Shown here piece by piece: positions 5,054 to 10,788 of a stretch of 10,788 nucleotides of DNA. The stretch covers positions 1-10,788 of the forward strand of contig JASLNX010000161.1 in NCBI GenBank assembly GCA_030745815.1, given 5' to 3'. The stretch is from an archaeon. Its GTDB lineage: Archaea > Iainarchaeota > Iainarchaeia > Iainarchaeales > GCA-2688035. A program made the position numbers and the translations under genes. The notes under the pieces are model-generated. The model made no database searches and was not told where the DNA came from. It saw nothing but the letters and a program-made list of their open reading frames with translations. Position 1 is the stretch's first letter, and each line of letters opens with the position of its first letter.

Positions 5054-6334
5054 CTAAATCCTTGGCCTTACTCTTCGTTGGCGAGCAGATCTTGCCTGTT
5101 TTTCTTTTGAAAGCCTTAGTTTAACAGACATTTTGTGAAACTCTCTTGCCAACTGACCAAGTTCGTCGTTGGAGTCAATATCTGCTTCTGCAGAAAGGTT
5201 TCCACTGCCAATCTTTCTTGCAACATCCCTTAGTTCCTCAATTGGGTCTGTTATAATTAACTTAAACGAAACAAATCCAACAACCAAAACCAGTACCAGT
5301 ACAACAAGTGAGCTTAAGATTACCACGCGCATTAGCTTGTCAATTGGGGCAAACACTTCGACAGCGTCTCGTTCCATTGCCAAAAGCCAACCCAGGCCCT
5401 TATACCCCTTAAACCCTTTTGAGACAGTGTAAGCTAGTAAAACCTCTCCCTCTGGATCTTCTTGAATTATTTGATATCCTGAGCTTGGTTTGCCTTCAAT
5501 AAGCTCAAAGTGGTATGATTGATCTTCTTCATCCTCTGGCAAGTCATCAAAAAAGACAGAACCAAATTCGGTCGAATAAATTAATTTAGCGTCCCCGCTA
5601 ATTAATTCAAGCTGGGTTATTTTAAATTCATCATACAAAACTTCAGCCCGTAAGCCCTTAACATGGTCTACAACCTCTCTAATATTAAGAACTGCTTTAA
5701 GTACCCCTGCAAAATTTCCTTCTTCATCAGTTATTTTATTAGCTAAACTTATGGCGTAAATATTGGCGCTGTCATCGAAAGTAACATCTTCTACTGATAT
5801 GCCATCTGCCTTTGCTTTTTGCCACCACTCTTCATCCGCCTGAAAGTAATCAGTTGTTTTCCCAGTCATTGCTACAACTGCCCCATACTTGTTTGTAACA
5901 AAAACCTCACCGTAAACTTTGTAGCCCGCACTTTCTTCAAGTAGCCAAATTTTTTCTCTCATCCTAGCAGACAACGCAGTGCTCATTAATCCCTTCATAA
6001 AAGGAGTTATTGTTTCAGGCGCACTAGATGTCCACTCACGTTCCTGTTTATCAATATACTTTTGCATATCCTCCAACGCTTCAAATTCTTTGTTGGACTC
6101 ACTAACAATTACTTGTGTTACAGTGCCTTTGGAATACAACTCCCAGTCTCCAATGTGTTCGTAAATATCTTGGTCTATTTCACTAAGCGACTGCCGCACT
6201 AAATGCATATTGTGAGTTCCAATTGTTTCCTGCATAATATCTCTTGCAGAAGTAAAGAACACAAACGACCCAACAAAGACACCTGCAAGTGACAAAAGCA
6301 AAAGAATTAGAGTTACCTTAATTGCAAGTCTCAC
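5054..6334 (-). CDS. Membrane sensor with extracytoplasmic double-Cache (dCache_1-like) domain and cytoplasmic HAMP domain, but no output domain
   Basis: 426 aa. TM1 at residues ~7-28 and TM2 at ~336-358. The ~300-aa loop between them carries Cache hallmarks (YGEVFVTNKYGAVVAMTGKTTDYFQADEEWWQKA, then a membrane-proximal module GYQIIQEDPEGEVLLAYTVSKGFKGYKGLGWLLAMERD). After TM2 there is a canonical HAMP (TDPIEELRDVARKIGSGNLSAEADIDSNDELGQLAREFHKMSV). The protein then ends after a short Arg-rich tail, with no kinase, MCP, GGDEF or other output domain. Start is GTG at 6332-6334. The next ATG would delete TM1. Stop is TAG at 5054-5056. Confidence 0.75.
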   Translation of the reverse strand: MRLAIKVTLILLLLSLAGVFVGSFVFFTSARDIMQETIGTHNMHLVRQSLSEIDQDIYEHIGDWELYSKGTVTQVIVSESNKEFEALEDMQKYIDKQEREWTSSAPETITPFMKGLMSTALSARMREKIWLLEESAGYKVYGEVFVTNKYGAVVAMTGKTTDYFQADEEWWQKAKADGISVEDVTFDDSANIYAISLANKITDEEGNFAGVLKAVLNIREVVDHVKGLRAEVLYDEFKITQLELISGDAKLIYSTEFGSVFFDDLPEDEEDQSYHFELIEGKPSSGYQIIQEDPEGEVLLAYTVSKGFKGYKGLGWLLAMERDAVEVFAPIDKLMRVVILSSLVVLVLVLVVGFVSFKLIITDPIEELRDVARKIGSGNLSAEADIDSNDELGQLAREFHKMSVKLRLSKEKQARSARQRRVRPRI

Positions 6335-6345
6335 GCCAAATCAAC

Positions 6346-6377
6346 CCAAAAAATTACTTAAATAACTTCAAGTAATA
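6346..6377 (-). terminator. Hairpin plus oligo-T terminator candidate downstream of purH
   Basis: On the minus strand, ~50 nt past the purH TAA: ATTACTT-(10-nt loop)-AAGTAAT (7-bp stem, 6353-6376), immediately followed by TTTTTT (plus-strand A6 at 6348-6353), then GGG. The stem is AT-rich and weak, but archaeal termination relies mainly on the T-tract. Confidence 0.4.
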
Positions 6378-6428
6378 GCATGTTTGGCAACCTCATTAAT
6401 ATAGTTTTCTGCGGGGCCAATTGCAAAA

Positions 6429-7982
6429 TTAGTGCTTAAAGTGCCTTACGCCGGTAAAAACCAGAACAATTCCCTTCTCGTTTGCCGCGTCAATTATTTC
6501 CTGATCGCGAATACTTCCGCCTGGTTCAATTATTGCAACAATTCCCTTTTCAGCAGCCAAATCAACATTGTCCCTAAACGGGAAAAATCCGTCTGATGCA
6601 AGAACTGCTCCTTTTTCCTTTCCATGTGCTTTATTTACCGCAATTTCAACAGAGTCAACGCGGGCCATTTGCCCTGCACCAATTCCAACAGTTGCTTGGT
6701 CTTTTGCAATAACAACAGCGTTACTTTTAATGTGCTTTACAATTCTCCAAGCAAAAAGCAAATCCTTCATTTGTTCCTTGGACGGCTTGTTTTCAGAAAC
6801 AACGTTTAAGTTTGCTTCCTCGTCAGTTATTTCGTCCTTTGTTTGAACAAGAAGAGCGCCTTCAACCTTTTTGTAGTCAAGGCCTTCAGCAGGAGAGTGC
6901 TGGTCAATCCCAGGCAACTTTAGAACGCGAAGGTTTTTCTTCGTCTTAAGTTCGTCAAGCGCGTCTCCTTCATAGCCCGGCGCAATAACCACTTCGTTAA
7001 AAAAGGAAGTAATCTTTTTAGCAGTTTCAAGATTGCACTTTCGGTTCAGCGCAATTATTGAACCAAACGCACTTTTTGTATCGCACTGATGACCTTTTTC
7101 CAAGGCCTCAAAAACGCTTGCAGCAACAGCTGCCCCGCAGGCATTATTGTGCTTTATTAGGCATGCCGCCGGTTCCGGGAATTCTTGCACAACCGCAACA
7201 GCGTCGTTTCCGTCAATAATATTGTTAAAGGAAAGCGGTTTTCCGTTTAAGACCTTTGCTTTTGCAACGCTTGGATTTCGAACAAAACTTTCCTTGTAAA
7301 GAGCAGCCTTTTGATGCGGGTTCTCACCATATCTGAGATCCATTACCTTGCGATAATTCATACTAAAATCTGTTGGAAAGAGTTCGTCTGGATTAAACTT
7401 TTGGTGCAGGAAAGCGTTTACTGTGGTGTCATAGTACGCCGTGTGTTCAAACGCTTTTGCGGCGAGCAGTTTTCTGGTCTTCAAAGAAATTGCGCCCTTA
7501 TTCTCTGAAAGCTCTTTAATAAGTGGCTTGTACTGAGACGGCTTTACAACAATTGCAACGTCCTGAAAGTTTTTTGCAGCAGCCCTAATAAGGGTTGGCC
7601 CGCCAATGTCAATGTTTTCAATTATTTCGTCAAGCGGTGCATTGGTTTCAACAGTTTGCCTGAAGGGATAAAGGTTTACTACAACCAAATCAATTGCCAT
7701 AATGTTTGATTCCTTTAACTGCTTCATGTGCTTTTTGCTGTCCCTCAAAGCCAAAATTCCTGCGTGAATTTTTGGATGAAGTGTTTTAACTCGCCCGTCA
7801 AGCATTTCTTTAACTTCTGTTACATCCTCTACCGGTGTAACCTTAACTCCAGCCGCCTCAATTGCTCGGGCTGTTCCACCAGTTGAAATGATTTCAAAAT
7901 TGTGCTTTTTTAATGCCTTTACAAGAACTTCCAAACCGTCCTTGTTTGAAACTGAGATTAATGCCCTCTTTCGCGCGCTCAC
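6429..7982 (-). CDS. purH: Bifunctional AICAR transformylase / IMP cyclohydrolase PurH
   Basis: 517 aa. N-terminal MGS-like IMP cyclohydrolase domain (RALISVSNKDGLEVLVKALKKHNFEIISTGGTARAIEAAG...KTLHPKIHAGILA) and C-terminal AICARFT domain of full PurH length. GTG start at 7980-7982, preceded by an AGGGTGG Shine-Dalgarno motif and overlapping the purN TGA stop. Confidence 0.9.
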   Translation of the reverse strand: MSARKRALISVSNKDGLEVLVKALKKHNFEIISTGGTARAIEAAGVKVTPVEDVTEVKEMLDGRVKTLHPKIHAGILALRDSKKHMKQLKESNIMAIDLVVVNLYPFRQTVETNAPLDEIIENIDIGGPTLIRAAAKNFQDVAIVVKPSQYKPLIKELSENKGAISLKTRKLLAAKAFEHTAYYDTTVNAFLHQKFNPDELFPTDFSMNYRKVMDLRYGENPHQKAALYKESFVRNPSVAKAKVLNGKPLSFNNIIDGNDAVAVVQEFPEPAACLIKHNNACGAAVAASVFEALEKGHQCDTKSAFGSIIALNRKCNLETAKKITSFFNEVVIAPGYEGDALDELKTKKNLRVLKLPGIDQHSPAEGLDYKKVEGALLVQTKDEITDEEANLNVVSENKPSKEQMKDLLFAWRIVKHIKSNAVVIAKDQATVGIGAGQMARVDSVEIAVNKAHGKEKGAVLASDGFFPFRDNVDLAAEKGIVAIIEPGGSIRDQEIIDAANEKGIVLVFTGVRHFKH

Positions 7983-8596
7983 TCTACCACCCTAACCTTT
8001 TTTCCTTCAACCTTTAATTTGCCCTGGCCAAAATCTTGCACGGCCTTAACAATTACTTCGGCCTCGGCAGCCTGAACCTTTTCCTTAAGCGAATCAGCTG
8101 TTTCGCCCTCTACAATGGAAACTGCTTTCTGCGCAACAATTGGACCGGCGTCTGGCTCGCTTGTTACAAAGAACAGCGAACAACCTGAAATCTTGCAACC
8201 TGAATCTAAAACATCCTGGTGCACGTTTGTGTCCCATCCTTTGAATGCTGGAAGAAGTGATGGGTGAATGTTCATGGCCTTGTTTTCAAAGGCCTTAAGG
8301 AATGGTTCTGTTACAAATTTGTTGTATCCAATGAGAAGAACAAGCTGGACTCCTTTTTCTTTAAGCAGTTCAACTAGCTTGGAGTCGTATTCTTCCTTTG
8401 AACCGAATTCGTCGGGATTGAGGAAGATTGCTTCAATTCCGTGCTTTTTTGCGCGCTCTAAGGCAAAAGCGTCTGCCTTGTTTGATATTACGCAGGCTAT
8501 TTCTGCTTCAAGCTTCCCGGCATCTATTGCATCAATTACTGCCTGCAAATCTGTGCCGCGAGTGCTAGCTAGAACACCTAAAACAAGTTTTCCCAA
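7979..8596 (-). CDS. purN: Phosphoribosylglycinamide formyltransferase PurN
   Basis: 205 aa. N-terminus KLVLGVLASTRGTDLQAVIDA matches the PurN pattern (K-x-I-A-V-L-I-S-G-x-G-S-N-L-Q-A-I-I-D). Folate-site motif NIHPSLLPAFKG. TTG start at 8594-8596. An in-frame TGA two codons upstream rules out an earlier start. A GGTGAG Shine-Dalgarno motif lies 5 nt upstream. Stop TGA at 7979-7981 overlaps the purH GTG (GTGA). Confidence 0.85.
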   Translation of the reverse strand: MGKLVLGVLASTRGTDLQAVIDAIDAGKLEAEIACVISNKADAFALERAKKHGIEAIFLNPDEFGSKEEYDSKLVELLKEKGVQLVLLIGYNKFVTEPFLKAFENKAMNIHPSLLPAFKGWDTNVHQDVLDSGCKISGCSLFFVTSEPDAGPIVAQKAVSIVEGETADSLKEKVQAAEAEVIVKAVQDFGQGKLKVEGKKVRVVE

Positions 8597-8605
8597 AGGA
8601 ACTCA

Positions 8606-8640
8606 CCAATTAATTTTATCTGGGTAAACCTATTAATTGG
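8606..8640. promoter_or_regulatory. Perfect 9-bp inverted repeat CCAATTAAT-N17-ATTAATTGG in the divergent purN / glutaredoxin-like intergenic region; candidate operator or symmetric divergent promoter pair
   Basis: CCAATTAAT at 8606-8614 and ATTAATTGG at 8632-8640 are exact reverse complements. Each half is an A/T-rich TATA-like element flanked by CCAA. The repeat spans -10 to -44 relative to the purN TTG start, and 34-68 nt upstream of the grx-like ATG. Confidence 0.4.
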
Positions 8641-8673
8641 TTTCGGTCTTCTCTTTAAACAGGAGAGGGTAAA

Positions 8674-8934
8674 ATGGGTGTAATTGTTTACAGTATTCCA
8701 GGTTGTGTGAAGTGCAGAACCGCAAAGGCGCTACTTACGAGGCTAAACGTTGAGTTTGAAGAATTTGACGTAATGGCCGACAAGGCAAAGGCCAAGGAAA
8801 TGGTTCAAAAGAGAAGAACTGTAAGAGAAGAGGGAAACCGCGAAGTTGAACTGCCAGTTTTAGACATTGACGGAATAATTATTGAAGGATTTAAGCGAGA
8901 AAAAATAGAAAACGCTGTAAAGGAAAAGGATTAG
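8674..8934 (+). CDS. Glutaredoxin-like (thioredoxin-fold, NrdH/Grx family) small redox protein with CVKC active site
   Basis: 86 aa. MGVIVYSIPGCVKCRTAKALL (beta-1 plus CxxC at the helix N-cap). Later ELPVLDIDGIIIEGF (cis-Pro and the G-G-like region of glutaredoxins). Strong AGGAGAGGG Shine-Dalgarno motif 4-13 nt upstream of the ATG. A T5 tract follows immediately after the TAG stop. Confidence 0.75.
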   Translation: MGVIVYSIPGCVKCRTAKALLTRLNVEFEEFDVMADKAKAKEMVQKRRTVREEGNREVELPVLDIDGIIIEGFKREKIENAVKEKD

Positions 8935-8957
8935 TAGAATAAGTTTTTAGGCCCAAT

Positions 8958-10788
8958 TTAGTTTTCAAGCCAGCCTGCAACAATTTCGTCATATTGTTGG
9001 GTTGCTCTTGTAACAAATTCTCTTGGATAGTTAGCTGAATTTGTTCTAATGTCCTGTATAAGATTTCTCAAAAATGCTTCTTGTTGAGGTTGTGCCCAGG
9101 ATGATTCAAAATTTGGAGGCAAAACATCTTTTACGTTTGGCGCAGGCAAAGCAGTTGACTGTGTCTCGTCCACAAATCTACCATACCTATACCAATTATA
9201 AAAATCCAACTGTTCGCTTTCAAAATATTCGGTTCCGGGTATTTTGTAAGGTGATTTGGCCCCTTCAAAATACAACTCACTCACAGGCTTAGCGTGAGAT
9301 GCAGCGTCAGGGAGTTTGTGGTCAAAAGTGGTAACAACCCTTCCAGCACTTGAAGGATCTAAAGCTTCAATATACTTTAATTCGTCGGAAGTTAAAATCT
9401 CTCCAAGGGTCTTCATTTTAGTATTATTTACAACTCGCACACTGGCATCAGGGAATGCCTCAAAAAATGCTGTAGACTCTTTAGTGGCATATGGCATTGA
9501 AACAATAAATTTAGGCTTTACCGTTGGCATCATTGTCTTGTACCAATCGGAAACCTTCTTGATTGAACGCATTGTAATTGAATTAGAGGCATCGGTAGCT
9601 AGCCCAGTGTATGTTGCATCATCCATTATCACAAAAGTGTTGATTTTCTTGTCCGTTGCTCTTTGGGCCACCTTGGAAAATGATTCCATAGGATGAGGCA
9701 TATAGGTTACGACGCTAGGTTTTTTAGTAAAGCTGTCTTTAGCAAGATCAAAAACCCATCGCCTTGATTTGGAGGGTCTAAATTCAAGCAAAACCGCAAA
9801 TGGTTCATCGGTTTCAGCAAGTACTGTATTCAGCCTCTTTGTGTTTGCAGTGAGCTCTGTGCTAAAATCATTGAACGAAACACGCCGTACATTGTCAAGT
9901 ACTTTCTGCCTTACAACTTTGCCAAAAGCGCCGGCATCAGCAGATAGCCATCCTTCAACCAGCTTAGGATCCAACTGTGGAATCGTGTTCACTGTTGGAA
10001 CGGGAATTGTAACAGTAGTAACAGGAACGGCATCTTTTCCAGATAGAACAATATTGTCTAATTTCCTAGCTTTTATAAATAAAATCTTTTCACCACCTTG
10101 TTGCACAAGCGTTGCCTCGGCAGCGCTATTCAATTGGTCTGAAACAGTTATTCTAACTTGATTAATGGCTTCAAAGTCAACATCAGTTATTTGCAACCCC
10201 GGATTAGTGCCTGCAGTTACTTTACCATTTAGCGCTGGCATTTGAACAATTGCCCCGCCTTCAACCGAACCAATAGCAATTTGTGTAATATTTTCCCCGG
10301 CCGCAGTATTGACTGTTGCTCTTGTTGAAATTTTTCCCATGTTTGTTACCTTTTCAAACTTTACAAGCTGGTCTAAGCCCGGCCTTGGAGAAGAGTATAT
10401 GATTACCTCATTACCTTGTACTGGAATGTTTACAACACAACTGCACTGGGCAGGCGTGACGATTCCGTTGGCGCTAGGGGAAACTGTTTTAGGGGGCTTA
10501 AAGTAGTTTGCATACCTTGGCATTTTTGCTACTTCAGCCATTACCTCATTTATGGCAACGTCAAAATCTACTCCAAAAAATCCAGCTTTTCGCATTTCGC
10601 CCAAAACTTCATTAGGAAGTTTTACTCCAGCATGTCCGCCAAATGCAGCTTGTTCTGCCATTAGTTCAGTTACAACTTTAGTTATATCAATGTAATCTCC
10701 ACTAGCAGTTTTTTTTAATATTGTAAACCCCCACCCAAGCCCCGTAGGAAAATCAACTATTGCCAACTCACCGACTTTTAAGGTTTCA
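8958..10788 (-). CDS. Large uncharacterised protein (C-terminal >=610 aa in window; N-terminus beyond the window end). Possibly extracytoplasmic or surface-associated. No recognisable catalytic motifs.
   Basis: The frame stays open from the TAA at 8958-8960 to the window edge at 10788. The TTG at 10766 given by the ORF track is probably not the true start, because the upstream in-frame codons ...ETLKVGEL are also open. It is beta-rich and Thr/Val/Asn/Ser-rich, with a Pro/Thr/Val linker (PVTTVTIPVPTVNTIPQLDP) between N- and C-terminal halves. C-terminal module: ...FVIMDDATYTGLATD...FIVSMPYATKESTAFFEAFPD...LDFYNWYRYGRFVDE.... I cannot assign any family. Codon usage matches the neighbouring genes. 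Confidence 0.6.
   Translation of the reverse strand, partial: ETLKVGELAIVDFPTGLGWGFTILKKTASGDYIDITKVVTELMAEQAAFGGHAGVKLPNEVLGEMRKAGFFGVDFDVAINEVMAEVAKMPRYANYFKPPKTVSPSANGIVTPAQCSCVVNIPVQGNEVIIYSSPRPGLDQLVKFEKVTNMGKISTRATVNTAAGENITQIAIGSVEGGAIVQMPALNGKVTAGTNPGLQITDVDFEAINQVRITVSDQLNSAAEATLVQQGGEKILFIKARKLDNIVLSGKDAVPVTTVTIPVPTVNTIPQLDPKLVEGWLSADAGAFGKVVRQKVLDNVRRVSFNDFSTELTANTKRLNTVLAETDEPFAVLLEFRPSKSRRWVFDLAKDSFTKKPSVVTYMPHPMESFSKVAQRATDKKINTFVIMDDATYTGLATDASNSITMRSIKKVSDWYKTMMPTVKPKFIVSMPYATKESTAFFEAFPDASVRVVNNTKMKTLGEILTSDELKYIEALDPSSAGRVVTTFDHKLPDAASHAKPVSELYFEGAKSPYKIPGTEYFESEQLDFYNWYRYGRFVDETQSTALPAPNVKDVLPPNFESSWAQPQQEAFLRNLIQDIRTNSANYPREFVTRATQQYDEIVAGWLEN

Noticed and set aside
4282-8627. 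Plus-strand ORFs of 60-120 aa antisense to the stomatin, sensor, purH and purN genes
   Set aside because: All are embedded in long, family-assignable minus-strand genes. They have Ser/Thr/Leu-rich mirror-frame composition and no promoter or Shine-Dalgarno features.
8651-8660. CTCTTTAAAC box as the TATA element of the glutaredoxin-like gene
   Set aside because: It lies only ~17 nt upstream of the ATG and overlaps the Shine-Dalgarno region. A transcription start 25 nt downstream of it would fall inside the coding sequence. The true promoter is more likely the left half of the CCAATTAAT palindrome.
9074-10664. Five plus-strand ORFs (65-130 aa) antisense to the large orphan protein
   Set aside because: The long uninterrupted minus-strand frame with genome-typical codon usage is much more plausible. 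The antisense ORFs are short, overlapping and motif-free.
1-10788. Mobile elements, integrase/att sites at the tRNA genes, CRISPR repeats, tRNA introns
   Set aside because: No integrase or transposase-like ORF is present. No direct repeat of any tRNA 3' half was found elsewhere in the window. No regularly spaced repeats occur. All three tRNAs fold as uninterrupted 84-nt cloverleaves. Base composition and codon usage are uniform across the window, so there is no evidence of a foreign island.

Overview
This is a low-GC (~40%), gene-dense chromosomal segment that looks archaeal. None of the three tRNA genes encodes a 3' CCA. AT-rich YTTT(T)AAA boxes lie ~27-30 nt upstream of tRNA 5' ends and of apparently leaderless start codons. 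Operon-internal genes carry GGAG/GGTGA Shine-Dalgarno motifs and several use GTG or TTG starts. The taxon cannot be assigned by eye. Nearly all genes are on the minus strand. In window order they are: the first 58 codons of a flavodoxin-like gene whose remainder lies beyond position 1; a CaCA Na+/Ca2+ exchanger; tRNA-Leu(GAG); a divergent 108-aa orphan ORF; a lipoprotein FKBP-type PPIase; a small very basic protein; and tandem tRNA-Ser(GGA) and tRNA-Ser(TGA). A tightly packed minus-strand cluster follows: a stand-alone EF-Tu-domain-2 protein, an HPS-like (OMP-decarboxylase suprafamily) barrel, a stomatin/SPFH protein and a dCache-HAMP sensor with no output domain. After that come purN-purH (overlapping TGA/GTG), a plus-strand glutaredoxin-like CxxC protein, and a >600-aa Thr/Val/Pro-rich protein of unrecognised family that runs off the window end. 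No rRNA, CRISPR array, integrase, transposase or tRNA intron was seen. The best candidates for follow-up are the stand-alone EF-Tu domain 2 gene adjacent to three class-II tRNA genes (in an unusual operon context), the output-less dCache-HAMP sensor, a 12-13-nt motif repeated three times, and the large orphan protein.
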